From NCBI RefSeq assembly GCF_058153355.1, contig NZ_CM177019.1: a stretch of 64,000 bases of DNA; one strand, 5' to 3'. Numbering within the stretch: position 1 is the first letter of the stretch; each line of letters begins with the position of its first letter. The notes beneath the pieces were generated by a model. It was not told where the DNA came from. It was given only the letters and a program-made list of their open reading frames with translations, and ran no database searches. This document shows positions 22,561-32,778 of the stretch, piece after piece. The position numbers and the translations under genes were made by a program.

Positions 22561-23994
22561 ATGAAAGTAACGCTGCCAGAGTTTGAACGTGCAGGAGTGA
22601 TGGTGGTTGGTGATGTGATGCTGGATCGTTACTGGTACGGTCCCACCAGCCGTATCTCGCCGGAAGCGCCGGTGCCCGTGGTTAAAGTGAATACCATCGA
22701 AGAACGTCCGGGCGGCGCGGCTAACGTGGCGATGAATATCGCTTCTCTCGGTGCTAATGCACGCCTGGTCGGGTTGACGGGCATTGACGATGCGGCGCGC
22801 GCGCTGAGTAAATCTCTGGCCGACGTCAACGTCAAATGCGACTTCGTTTCTGTACCGACGCATCCGACCATCACCAAATTACGGGTACTTTCCCGCAACC
22901 AACAGCTGATCCGTCTGGATTTTGAAGAAGGTTTCGAAGGGGTTGATCCGCAGCCGCTGCACGAGCGGATTAATCAGGCGCTGAGTTCGATTGGCGCGCT
23001 GGTGCTCTCTGACTACGCGAAAGGTGCGCTGGCAAGCGTGCAGCAGATGATCCAACTGGCGCGTAAAGCGGGCGTTCCGGTGCTGATTGATCCAAAAGGC
23101 ACCGATTTTGAGCGCTACCGCGGCGCTACGCTGTTAACGCCGAATCTCTCGGAGTTTGAAGCGGTTGTCGGTAAATGCAAGACCGAAGAAGAGATTGTTG
23201 AGCGCGGCATGAAACTGATTGCCGATTACGAACTTTCGGCTCTGTTAGTGACCCGTTCCGAACAAGGGATGACCCTGCTGCAACCGGGTAAAGCGCCGCT
23301 GCATATGCCAACCCAGGCGCAGGAAGTGTATGACGTTACCGGTGCGGGCGACACGGTGATTGGTGTGCTGGCGGCAACGCTGGCTGCGGGTAATTCGCTG
23401 GAAGAAGCCTGCTTCTTTGCCAATGCGGCGGCAGGCGTGGTGGTCGGCAAACTGGGGACATCCACGGTTTCGCCGATCGAGCTGGAAAATGCAGTACGTG
23501 GACGTGCAGATACCGGCTTTGGTGTGATGACCGAAGAGGAACTGAAGCTTGCTGTAGCGGCGGCGCGTAAACGCGGTGAAAAAGTGGTGATGACCAACGG
23601 CGTCTTTGACATTCTCCACGCCGGGCACGTCTCCTATCTGGCAAATGCCCGCAAACTGGGTGACCGCCTGATTGTCGCTGTGAACAGCGATGCCTCCACC
23701 AAACGGCTGAAAGGGGATTCCCGCCCCGTTAACCCTCTCGAACAGCGTATGATTGTGCTGGGGGCACTGGAAGCGGTCGACTGGGTGGTGTCGTTTGAAG
23801 AAGACACGCCGCAGCGCTTGATTGCCGGGATCTTGCCAGACCTGCTGGTGAAAGGCGGCGACTATAAACCAGAAGAGATTGCCGGGAGTAAAGAAGTCTG
23901 GGCCAATGGTGGCGAAGTGCTGGTGCTCAACTTTGAAGACGGTTGCTCAACGACCAACATCATCAAGAAGATCCAACAGGATAAAAAAGGCTAA
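22561..23994 (+). CDS. hldE: Bifunctional D-glycero-beta-D-manno-heptose-7-phosphate kinase / heptose-1-phosphate adenylyltransferase
   Basis: 477 aa; N-terminal PfkB-like kinase and C-terminal cytidylyltransferase-like domain. Confidence 0.93.
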   Translation: MKVTLPEFERAGVMVVGDVMLDRYWYGPTSRISPEAPVPVVKVNTIEERPGGAANVAMNIASLGANARLVGLTGIDDAARALSKSLADVNVKCDFVSVPTHPTITKLRVLSRNQQLIRLDFEEGFEGVDPQPLHERINQALSSIGALVLSDYAKGALASVQQMIQLARKAGVPVLIDPKGTDFERYRGATLLTPNLSEFEAVVGKCKTEEEIVERGMKLIADYELSALLVTRSEQGMTLLQPGKAPLHMPTQAQEVYDVTGAGDTVIGVLAATLAAGNSLEEACFFANAAAGVVVGKLGTSTVSPIELENAVRGRADTGFGVMTEEELKLAVAAARKRGEKVVMTNGVFDILHAGHVSYLANARKLGDRLIVAVNSDASTKRLKGDSRPVNPLEQRMIVLGALEAVDWVVSFEEDTPQRLIAGILPDLLVKGGDYKPEEIAGSKEVWANGGEVLVLNFEDGCSTTNIIKKIQQDKKG

Positions 23995-24412
23995 CCGGAA
24001 AGCGGTTCACAGATCTCGCTTCGAACCAGGCAGGCCTATTGACGCTGTTGTTTTTTCAACCTAAAGTAAAGGAACAAGGGTAAGGGAGGATTTCTCCCCC
24101 CTCTGAATTGGTTGTTAGTAAGTCGGGAAACTTAACAGTAACAACACAATCAGTATGATGACGAACTTCATCATAACCCTTTCCTTATACAAGGCCCCTT
24201 CCTCGGGAGGGGCTTTCCCGTTTCAGCCCCTTGCTGACTCCCCGATTGTTGATGAGCGCCAGACCCCGCGCAATGCTTTCTCTTATGCAGTTTTCTCTTC
24301 CCCGAGTCGGCTCGCAAAACGCTGTAACAACCTGATCATTTGTACTTTTTAGCGGAACACAGATATAAAAAATCCCCGACTTTTTGGGCCAGGGATGTTC
24401 ATGGTTGAAAAT

Positions 24413-26074
24413 TTATTCTATGTTTTCTGCTACGGGAGTTGTTGAGGTTAAGGGTGAAGTCAATGCCGCTAGCGAGCCGCCTGAAACACCAATTTCATTG
24501 AGCAAGGAGTCAATCAGCGGTGCCTGTGTGCGGTAAGAAAGCGCGGCTGATAACGCTTGTTCCGCCAGATTTCCTCCACCAACGCTACCTGATATTGCAT
24601 CCCCTGCGGTACCACCACGGTTCAGACCATCGACCTGAATAATCTTAATACCGTCGATAGACTTCATTGGTTCCACAGATTTCTCAATTACTGCAGGGAG
24701 CGCCTGCAACAATGCCAGTTTGAATTTAAGGCTGGTTTGCTCGTCAGAAAGTACGTTGATAGCATCGTTCAGCGCACGTTGCGCTTCTGCTTCCGCCAGG
24801 CCTTTTTTACGCGTAGCTTCGGCTAACTCAACGATCGCCGCCGCCTGCATCTCTGCGGCTTCTTTTTCTGCTTTCGCCCGCACGGTCAGTTCAACCGCTT
24901 TGGTTTCTGCATCCTGCGCGGCAGCGATTAGGGCAACTTGTTTAGCACGATCGGCTTCTGCGGTCTGGCGAGTGGTTTCTACGTTTTGCTGGGCGCTTAC
25001 CGCTTCTGCAAGTGCAAGGTTGGCACGCGCTTCCGCTTGTGACTGCTGTTCCGATTTGGCGGCAATAGCGATCGATTTCGTCTGGTTGGCGATTTCGGTG
25101 ACCTGCTGCTGTTCGATCTCTTTAATGCGAACTTCACGTTCAGCTTCAACTTTTCTGGAACGGACGGCCTGTTCGCGGTCGATTTCCGTTTCCTGAATCT
25201 GTCGTTCAGCCAGAATTCGCGTCTGCTCTGCTTCCCGACGACGCTCGGCCTCAAAAGCCGCAATTTTCGCATTCTGCTCAGCGGTACGGGTTTTAACCTG
25301 CTGCTCCTGCTCAAGCGTCATAAACGCTTCTTGCTGTTCAATCTCCAGCTTCCGCGAAAGCTCATCACGGTTTTTCTCACGCACCGCAACTTCTACATCC
25401 TGTTCAACTTCGTTACGTTCGCGACGACGGCGCTCCGTCTCCTGCGTCAGCTTGGTTAAACCTTCGGCGTCAAAGGCGTTGTTAGGATTGAAATGTTCTT
25501 TCGACGTCTGGTTAAAGTTGGTAAGTGAAACGCTTTCCAGTTCCAGGCCGTTTTTCGACAGATCTTCAGCAACGGTATTTTGTACGCCCTGCACGAAGTT
25601 CTCGCGGGTATCCTGTAACTCATGCATGGTCATTTGTGCAGCTGTTGCACGGAGGGCATCGACAAATTTATCTTCAACCAACATACGTAAGTCTTCAGGC
25701 GACAGGGTGCGTTGCCCCAGCGTCTGGGCGGCGGTGGCAATACCTTCCACTGACGGTTTTACCCGCACAAAGAAAGCGACAACGACATCGACGCGCATAC
25801 GATCTTTCGTAATCAGGCTATCAATGGTTGAGCGGCTGACTTCCAGCTTCAGAGTATTCATATTGATGGGGATTATTTCATGAAAGATCGGCATCACGAT
25901 TGCGCCACCGCTCATTACCACTTTTTGCCCACCTAAACCAGTACGAACAAAAGCTTGCTCTGCCGAAGCGCGACGATAGAGCCTGGCGAAAATAATTCCA
26001 ATAATAAACAGAATGCATACGGCAATAATTGCGGTAAACATCCAGGAGGGCACAGAATTAACAATATCATCCAT
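24413..26074 (-). CDS. yqiK: Flotillin-like SPFH/band-7 membrane protein
   Basis: 553 aa; N-terminal transmembrane helix, SPFH core, long charged coiled-coil stretch. Confidence 0.85.
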   Translation of the reverse strand: MDDIVNSVPSWMFTAIIAVCILFIIGIIFARLYRRASAEQAFVRTGLGGQKVVMSGGAIVMPIFHEIIPINMNTLKLEVSRSTIDSLITKDRMRVDVVVAFFVRVKPSVEGIATAAQTLGQRTLSPEDLRMLVEDKFVDALRATAAQMTMHELQDTRENFVQGVQNTVAEDLSKNGLELESVSLTNFNQTSKEHFNPNNAFDAEGLTKLTQETERRRRERNEVEQDVEVAVREKNRDELSRKLEIEQQEAFMTLEQEQQVKTRTAEQNAKIAAFEAERRREAEQTRILAERQIQETEIDREQAVRSRKVEAEREVRIKEIEQQQVTEIANQTKSIAIAAKSEQQSQAEARANLALAEAVSAQQNVETTRQTAEADRAKQVALIAAAQDAETKAVELTVRAKAEKEAAEMQAAAIVELAEATRKKGLAEAEAQRALNDAINVLSDEQTSLKFKLALLQALPAVIEKSVEPMKSIDGIKIIQVDGLNRGGTAGDAISGSVGGGNLAEQALSAALSYRTQAPLIDSLLNEIGVSGGSLAALTSPLTSTTPVAENIE

Positions 26075-26100
26075 TATTAAATTTCCTTTTGATTAATAAA

Positions 26101-26730
26101 TTACAGTATTTGGGGCCAGGGGTTTTTTTCCGCCAAATATCGCGTTGCAGAAAGTCGGCAAATAATTAATACTTTGTCTCCTTTAGTGAAAGTTTTTTCT
26201 TCTTCAGGTTCCAGTAGTAAATAATGTATTTGGCCAAATTGATCGGTGAGTTTTCCTTCACAGGGGTTACCTGAAGTGGCCTGATGTCCGGTAATTAATG
26301 CCATGCAGCCAATATAATCGTCTTCTGTAATAGCAGTGCTATGATCTCGTGGTAACCAGGGCGCAATTACTTTACCGGTATAATGCACTGCAATAATCGT
26401 TAGCAGTAAACTGACAGGAACCACAAACAGATTTGTGAGTGGTGATTGCCAGACCATGATGCAGACCTGCTGTAGCAGGATGCCAATAAGGCCAAAAAAA
26501 CCAGCATGTAAGCAGAGAACGACGAGAGCTGGCAATCTTCCAAAATTGAGATAATGAAGTGCCTGGCTAATATGACCTGTGGTTATGGAATCATAATGGT
26601 CAAGATGTGCATCAAGAGCACCGGAGAGCATGTGACCGCAGATAAGTGCAAAAATTTCTAAAAGGCCGATCAAAAGTACAAAAGAAATAGCGAAAAGATA
26701 AGGGGTGTTATAGTCAGCGAATAAAATCAT
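26101..26730 (-). CDS. yqiJ: NfeD-like inner-membrane protein, partner of the flotillin
   Basis: 209-aa polytopic membrane protein with C-terminal OB-fold-like segment; immediately upstream of yqiK on the same strand. Confidence 0.8.
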   Translation of the reverse strand: MILFADYNTPYLFAISFVLLIGLLEIFALICGHMLSGALDAHLDHYDSITTGHISQALHYLNFGRLPALVVLCLHAGFFGLIGILLQQVCIMVWQSPLTNLFVVPVSLLLTIIAVHYTGKVIAPWLPRDHSTAITEDDYIGCMALITGHQATSGNPCEGKLTDQFGQIHYLLLEPEEEKTFTKGDKVLIICRLSATRYLAEKNPWPQIL

Positions 26731-26999
26731 ATGTCACTCCAATGTCCATTTAGTGACGCAATATTTATTTTGCGATAATTTCCTTGCTTACATTTATCTT
26801 TGTTAATAATAACACATGTTAGAGATGTTCTGAAAGAGAAAGTCTTTTAATGTTGTTTTTTTATTTTTCACTAAAAAGTGTGATCGGGAACAATATATTT
26901 ACGCACGTTATGTTTAAAGGCACTACACTGATTGGGGAATACTGAAATCAGAAAAAGCATATGGCCTTAAAAGGTATGCGATAACCGGAGGATGTGCTT

Positions 27000-27200
27000 A
27001 TGGATCATAGTCTTAATTCTTTAAATAACTTCGATTTCCTGGCGCGTAGTTTTGCCAGAATGCACGCAGAAGGTCGCCCGGTCGATATTCTGGCCGTTAC
27101 TGGTAACATGGATGAAGAACATAGAACCTGGTTTTGCGCACGTTATGCCTGGTATTGCCAACAGATGATGCAAACCAGAGAACTGGAATTAGAACATTGA
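27000..27200 (+). CDS. glgS: Sigma-S-dependent surface-composition / glycogen-associated regulator GlgS
   Basis: 66 aa from [57 protein letters not shown]... Confidence 0.9.
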
Positions 27201-27206
27201 TATTAC

Positions 27207-27227
27207 GGGCCGTCTGGCCCGTTTTTG
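27207..27227 (+). terminator. Rho-independent terminator after glgS, in a 34-bp convergent gap before ubiK
   Basis: GGGCCGTCTGGCCC hairpin followed by GTTTTTG. Confidence 0.7.
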
Positions 27228-27234
27228 TGGTGCT

Positions 27235-27534
27235 TTATTCTGCTTTATCAACCGGCGGGATAGCCGGAGGAGATTGAAGTTCTGCTACCGGATTATTGCG
27301 CGCTTCCAGTTCGCTGATGCGTTGTTCCAGTAACGCCAGTTTTTCACGAGTCCGTAACAGGACTTGCGTCTGAACGTCGAATTCTTCGCGGCTTACCAGA
27401 TCGAGACGCGTCAACTGCGCTTGTAGGGTTTGGCGGATTTTTTTCTCCACATCTTCCCCGAACTCCCTGATTCCTTTAGGCATTGATTCGTGAACCTGGC
27501 GAGCGATTTGCTCAATTTTTTTCGGGTCAATCAT
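27235..27534 (-). CDS. ubiK: Ubiquinone biosynthesis accessory factor UbiK (BMFP family)
   Basis: About 99 aa from [55 protein letters not shown]... Confidence 0.85.
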   Translation of the reverse strand: MIDPKKIEQIARQVHESMPKGIREFGEDVEKKIRQTLQAQLTRLDLVSREEFDVQTQVLLRTREKLALLEQRISELEARNNPVAELQSPPAIPPVDKAE

Positions 27535-27655
27535 TGTAGTTTCCCTGTACTGATAGGTGTTGAGTGCCATTGTAGTGCGATAAGGGTAAGTCATAAACCA
27601 GAATTATGTGAAGCTATGCGTTGCTGCCGCTAATCATTAGCGTTATAGTGAATCC

Positions 27656-27810
27656 GCTTATTCTCAGGGCGGGGCGAAATTCCCCACCGGCGGTAAATCA
27701 ACTCAGTTGAAAGCCCGCGAGCGCTTTGGGTGCGAACTCAAAGGACAGCAGATCCGGTGTAATTCCGGGGCCGACGGTTAGAGTCCGGATGGGAGAGAGT
27801 AACGATTCTG
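27656..27810 (+). ncRNA. FMN riboswitch (RFN element) in the ribB leader; expression platform continues towards 27900
   Basis: Conserved RFN core segments TTCTCAGGGCGGGGCGAAATTCCCCACCGGCGGTAAA ... AGCCCGCGAGCGC ... GATCCGGTGTAATTCCGGGGCCGACGGTTAGAGTCCGGATGGGAGAGAGTAACG directly upstream of ribB. Confidence 0.85.
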
Positions 27811-27907
27811 TCGGGCATGGACCCGCTCACGTTATTTTGGCTATATGCCGCCACTCCTAAGACTGCCCTGATTCTGGTAACCATAATTTTAGTGAGGTTT
27901 TTTTACC

Positions 27908-28561
27908 ATGAATCAGACGCTACTTTCCTCTTTTGGTACGCCTTTCGAACGTGTTGAAAATGCACTGGCTGCGCTGCGTGAAGGACGCGGTGTAATGGTG
28001 CTTGATGATGAAGACCGTGAAAACGAAGGCGATATGATCTTCCCGGCAGAAACCATGACCGTTGAGCAGATGGCGCTGACCATTCGCCACGGTAGCGGTA
28101 TTGTTTGCCTGTGCATTACTGAAGATCGCCGTAAACAACTCGATCTGCCAATGATGGTAGAAAATAACACCAGCGCCTATGGCACCGGTTTTACCGTGAC
28201 CATTGAAGCGGCTGAAGGTGTGACTACCGGTGTTTCTGCCGCTGACCGTATTACGACCGTTCGCGCAGCGATTGCCGATGGCGCAAAACCTTCTGATCTG
28301 AATCGTCCTGGCCACGTTTTCCCACTGCGCGCGCAGGCGGGTGGTGTGCTGACGCGTGGCGGCCATACTGAAGCGACTATTGATCTGATGACGCTGGCAG
28401 GCTTTAAACCGGCTGGTGTGCTGTGTGAGCTGACTAATGACGATGGCACGATGGCGCGTGCACCAGAGTGCATTGAGTTTGCCAATAAACACAATATGGC
28501 GCTCGTGACTATTGAAGACCTGGTGGCATACCGTCAGGCACATGAGCGTAAAGCTAGCTGA
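27908..28561 (+). CDS. ribB: 3,4-dihydroxy-2-butanone 4-phosphate synthase
   Basis: 217 aa; [42 protein letters not shown]... Confidence 0.95.
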   Translation: MNQTLLSSFGTPFERVENALAALREGRGVMVLDDEDRENEGDMIFPAETMTVEQMALTIRHGSGIVCLCITEDRRKQLDLPMMVENNTSAYGTGFTVTIEAAEGVTTGVSAADRITTVRAAIADGAKPSDLNRPGHVFPLRAQAGGVLTRGGHTEATIDLMTLAGFKPAGVLCELTNDDGTMARAPECIEFANKHNMALVTIEDLVAYRQAHERKAS

Positions 28562-28593
28562 AAACCGCTGCTTAATTTACCGCGTTAATCAAG

Positions 28594-28627
28594 AAACCGA
28601 AGCTATTACTGGCTTCGGTTTTTATTT
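28594..28627 (+). terminator. Rho-independent terminator of ribB
   Basis: AACCGAAGC-TATTACT-GGCTTCGGTT hairpin followed by TTTATTTT. Confidence 0.75.
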
Positions 28628-28799
28628 TGCTCTTGTTATGCAAGATGTTAATTCCTCTTCTCTTTCTATGAGAAAATTTCATTAATATCAGGCATTCTTT
28701 TCCATTATGATCAAAATCATATAATTGTTCCGTTATTATGCGACCATATGAATATATCCGAAAAAGGATATGTGAATTTTATGCGCTAAATGTTTAGTA

Positions 28800-28994
28800 T
28801 TGTTAAATATTAAGGGTAAAAGGATGTTTATCGCCTGGTACTGGATTGTATTGATTGCTCTGGTTGTGGTGGGTTATTTACTGCATTTGAAACGTTATTG
28901 TCGGGCGTTTCGTCAGGACAGAGACGCACTGCTTGAAGCGCGGAATAAATACTTAAACAGTACGAGAGAAGAGACAGCCGAGAAGGTAGAATAG
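28800..28994 (+). CDS. Candidate small single-pass membrane protein (64 aa; 56 aa if started at the internal Met at 28824)
   Basis: ORF with one hydrophobic helix (FIAWYWIVLIALVVVGYLL) followed by a basic/charged tail; preceded by AT-rich sequence and AAGGGTAAAAGGATG. No homology check was possible. Confidence 0.4.
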   Translation: MLNIKGKRMFIAWYWIVLIALVVVGYLLHLKRYCRAFRQDRDALLEARNKYLNSTREETAEKVE

Positions 28995-29051
28995 GGCTTT
29001 AGTGAAGCTGGCAGAAGTTGTCCATGCGCTGGACAACTTCTGATGTTGCTT

Positions 29052-29825
29052 TTAACCAATTCCCGCCGTTTGTAGTAGCACTAAACTGAATCCCATCACT
29101 GACATTCCACATAGCACGCCATAGCTGGGGTTATTATTGGGGTCAATCTCTTTAGCTAGCGGCATTAATTCATCAACCGAGAGCGCCACCATAATTCCTG
29201 CAACCGCCGCCATGATTGCCGCCATGACCACCGGAGAAATCATGCTACCGAGGATTAACCACGCCAGCACACCACCAAGAATTTCTGCCAGCCCAGAAAT
29301 GCCCGCCCACAAAATTGCGGTGCGTTTTGACCCCGTTGCCGCGTAAACCGGCCCCGCAACTGCCAGACCTTCAGGAATATTATGCAATGCAACAGCCAGA
29401 GCGATGCCAAATCCCAGCTCCAGGTTGCTGCTCGCCGTGACAAAGGTGGCAATCCCTTCCGGGAAGTTATGCAGACTGATGCCGAGAGTGAGCAGAATGG
29501 CTGTGCGCTTGATCGATTTTGGCAACGGCTGCACCGATGTTTGCATTAAATCCTGCGGATGCGCATGTGGCAACATGCGGTCCAGACCAAAATAGCCAAG
29601 CAGACCGAAGATAAACATTCCATAACCCAGCACAGGCGACATTCCTTCGGCGGCTAGTGCGGCAGGAAGCATTTCCATTAATGAGATGAGCAACATGATC
29701 CCCGCCGCAAATCCTAGCGAAAACGCCAGTAAGCGGTTCGAGGGTTTTTGCCCGAGAACGCCGAGAAACGCGCCAATAAACGTGGCTGCCCCCGCCAGTA
29801 TGGTCAGAATGAGAGGTACTGACAT
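29052..29825 (-). CDS. zupT: Zinc transporter ZupT (ZIP family)
   Basis: 257 aa from [26 protein letters not shown]... Confidence 0.92.
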   Translation of the reverse strand: MSVPLILTILAGAATFIGAFLGVLGQKPSNRLLAFSLGFAAGIMLLISLMEMLPAALAAEGMSPVLGYGMFIFGLLGYFGLDRMLPHAHPQDLMQTSVQPLPKSIKRTAILLTLGISLHNFPEGIATFVTASSNLELGFGIALAVALHNIPEGLAVAGPVYAATGSKRTAILWAGISGLAEILGGVLAWLILGSMISPVVMAAIMAAVAGIMVALSVDELMPLAKEIDPNNNPSYGVLCGMSVMGFSLVLLQTAGIG

Positions 29826-29940
29826 CGACAACTCCTTATAAATCTTCACCTTCAGGCAGATCGTCAAAATAACTGATGATCATCATCATTGTTATCCGGG
29901 TTCTTACTCCGCCGAACAAGCGTATTGTGAGGATATCAAA

Positions 29941-30756
29941 ATGACACCTTTAGTTAAGGATATCATCATGTCTTCAACACGTATGCCAGCATTGTTTTTA
30001 GGTCACGGTAGTCCGATGAACGTGCTGGAAGATAATTTGTATACCCGCAGCTGGCAGAAGTTGGGGATGACATTGCCACGCCCGCAAGCGATTGTGGTGG
30101 TTTCGGCTCACTGGTTTACCCGTGGAACAGGAGTGACCGCGATGGAGACGCCGCCCACGATTCATGACTTTGGTGGCTTCCCGCAGGCGCTGTACGACAC
30201 CCATTATCCGGCTCCTGGATCACCGGCTTTGGCTCAGCGATTGGTTGAGCTGTTAGCGCCAGTGCCTGTCACACTGGATAAAGAAGCCTGGGGCTTTGAC
30301 CACGGTTCCTGGGGTGTGCTGATTAAGATGTATCCTGACGCCGATATCCCGATGGTGCAGTTGAGTATCGACAGTACCAAACCTGCCGCCTGGCACTTTG
30401 AGATGGGGCGTAAACTGGCGGCTCTGCGAGACGAAGGAATAATGTTGGTCGCCAGCGGTAACGTGGTGCATAACCTGCGTACGGTGAAGTGGCACGGTGA
30501 TAGTTCACCGTATCCTTGGGCGATGTCGTTTAATGAGTATGTGAAAGCGAATCTGACGTGGCAAGGGCCGGTAGAGCAGCATCCTCTGGTGAATTATCTC
30601 GACCATGAAGGTGGCGCGTTATCGAACCCAACGCCGGAACACTTTTTACCACTGCTGTATGTGTTAGGTGCATGGGACGGGCAGGAGCCAATTACCATTC
30701 CGGTCGATGGTATAGAAATGGGCAGTTTAAGTATGTTGTCGGTGCAGATAGGCTAA
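29941..30756 (+). CDS. ygiD: Extradiol ring-cleavage dioxygenase family protein (DODA-type)
   Basis: 271-aa ORF with the LFLGHGSPMN motif; divergent from zupT as in K-12. Start may be the internal Met at 29970. Confidence 0.85.
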   Translation: MTPLVKDIIMSSTRMPALFLGHGSPMNVLEDNLYTRSWQKLGMTLPRPQAIVVVSAHWFTRGTGVTAMETPPTIHDFGGFPQALYDTHYPAPGSPALAQRLVELLAPVPVTLDKEAWGFDHGSWGVLIKMYPDADIPMVQLSIDSTKPAAWHFEMGRKLAALRDEGIMLVASGNVVHNLRTVKWHGDSSPYPWAMSFNEYVKANLTWQGPVEQHPLVNYLDHEGGALSNPTPEHFLPLLYVLGAWDGQEPITIPVDGIEMGSLSMLSVQIG

Positions 30757-30793
30757 TAATTACCGGATGGCGAATGCCATCCGGTTTCACGAT

Positions 30794-31954
30794 TTACTCA
30801 ACAAAAATATGTGGATAAAACCGAGACATATCCTGGGTGATCAATGCACGGTCTTCACGAATGCCAATTCCGGCAGGTTGATCGTTCACCAGCCAGCTAC
30901 CAATCAGCATATAGCTGTCGCCGAATTTCGGTAACGGGTGGAATTGCTGAACAATCATCCCTTCTTCGCCATACGGACCTTCCGCTGCTTCAATGGTTTT
31001 GCCGTTCTCAATGATCGACACGTTTGCGCCTTCACGGGAGAAGATCGGTTTAACCACATATTTTTCCATTTGCGGATGATCATCTTCCGCAAAATAAGCG
31101 GGCAGCAGGTTCGGGTGATTCGGGAACATTTCCCACAGTAGCGGCAGAAGCGCTTTGTTGGAGATAATGCTCTTCCACGCCGGTTCCAGCCAGCGTACGC
31201 CTGCATCCTCCAGCTTGGTGGAGAACATCTCACGCAGCATAAATTCCCACGGATACAGCTTGAACAGGTTAGAAATCACCTGATCCTGTAAATCCGTGAA
31301 CTGACCTTTTTCGCCTAAACCGATATCGTCGATGTAGAGGAATTCAGTAGCGATTTCAGCTTCTGTCGCGCAGTCCTGCAAATACTGAATGGTTCCGCGA
31401 TCTTCCACCGTGTCGCGACAGCAGGTGAGATGCAGCAACTGGAAGCCATACTGTTCACGCAGCTCAACGAAGCGATCGATCAGCTTTTCTTGCAGACTGT
31501 TAAACTGGTCGCTGCCCTCCGGCAAGTTACCGGCGTTAAGCTGATCTTCCAGCCAGATCCACTGAAAGAACGCTGCCTCGTATAGTGACGTTGGCGTATC
31601 GGCGTTATTTTCCAGAAGTTTAGGTTCGCCAGTGCCATCCCACGCCAGATCAAGACGCGAATAAAGCGATGGCTGGTGAGTCAGCCATGACTGGCGCACA
31701 AAACTCCAGGTGTGTTTTGGAATGCGGAATTTGGTCATCAGCTCATCGCTGGCGATCACTTTTTCAACCACTTTCAGGCACATCTGGTGCAGTTCGGCAG
31801 TGACTTCTTCCAGCTTTTCAACCTGGGCGAGGGTCAACTTGTAGTAAGCATCTTCACACCAGTATGGCTCTCCGTACATGGTGTGAAAATTGAAACCGTA
31901 TTCGTGGGCTTTTTCGCGCCAGTCCGGACGCTCGGTAATACTGACTCTTTCCAT
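30794..31954 (-). CDS. ygiC: Glutathionylspermidine synthase-like ATP-grasp protein
   Basis: 386 aa; downstream of tolC-ygiB as in K-12. Confidence 0.88.
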
Positions 31955-31959
31955 CGGTA

Positions 31960-32631
31960 TCAGCCACCCATTGAACGAGAAGAGGTGCCAGTTGCGCTAC
32001 GCTGCATGGTGCTTTGTTTGGCAACAGATTCACCAAAGCCACCGCGGGTAACGGTAGTGGTGGTCGCCGGTTTTGGTGCCATGGCTGTCTTCGGTACGGT
32101 CATGGTGCGGCCTGGCTGCGCTGCGCCATAGTTTTTACCCGTCGCGTCGGTATATTTACCGTAAGCCGGGCTGGCTGGGTTTTTCGAGGAGAACAGCGGC
32201 TGTTGTGCAAAGCCCGCGCCGCCGCCCATCAGACGCCCCATCATGTAACCGGCCATCAGCGGCATCCAGAAACTCCCGCTGGATTGCTGGGCCTGCGCCT
32301 GGTTTTCTGGTGCCATGCCAGCCTGGGCTGGTGCCTGCTGGCACTGACCTTCGCCAAATTCAGCAATACAGTCTTCACGAGTGGCGTATTTCGGCGCAGT
32401 ACGTTCGGCTTCTTTCAGCGCATTGTTGTACGCAGTGGTACATTCGGCGCTTTTGCCTGGGTTTGCAGCTGAACAGTCGTCAGCATTTTGATAGAGAGAC
32501 ACTGTTTCATCACTCTTTTCACAGCCTGCCAGCATAAAAACAGTGGCAACAGCAAGAGCGACAGGTGTCAGATGGCGTGCGCTCCAGTTTTTGCGGAACG
32601 ATGCGTGGCGTATGGATTTTGTCCGTTTCAT
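31960..32631 (-). CDS. ygiB: DUF1190 family lipoprotein
   Basis: 223 aa from [14 protein letters not shown]...; lipobox LAGC; Gly/Met-rich C-terminus. Confidence 0.85.
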
Positions 32632-32778
32632 TTTTGTCTTCCGGGACCAGTGGTAAATACCCATCAGAATAGAGGATGGCTGGTCGAAATTGAAGCGAGA
32701 AGGGGGAAGAATGCGGCAGATAACCCGTATCTTTACGTTGCCTTACGTTCAGACGGGGCCGAAGCCCCGTCGTCAGCA

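Noticed and set aside
24155-24352. 65-aa ORF in the hldE-yqiK intergenic region
   Set aside because: No Shine-Dalgarno sequence; Pro/Ser-rich translation without features of a real small protein; the region is treated as non-coding.
32014-32537. Two overlapping plus-strand ORFs of 152 and 154 aa opposite ygiB
   Set aside because: Antisense to the Gly/Ala/Met-rich C-terminus of ygiB; artefacts of GC-rich repetitive coding sequence.
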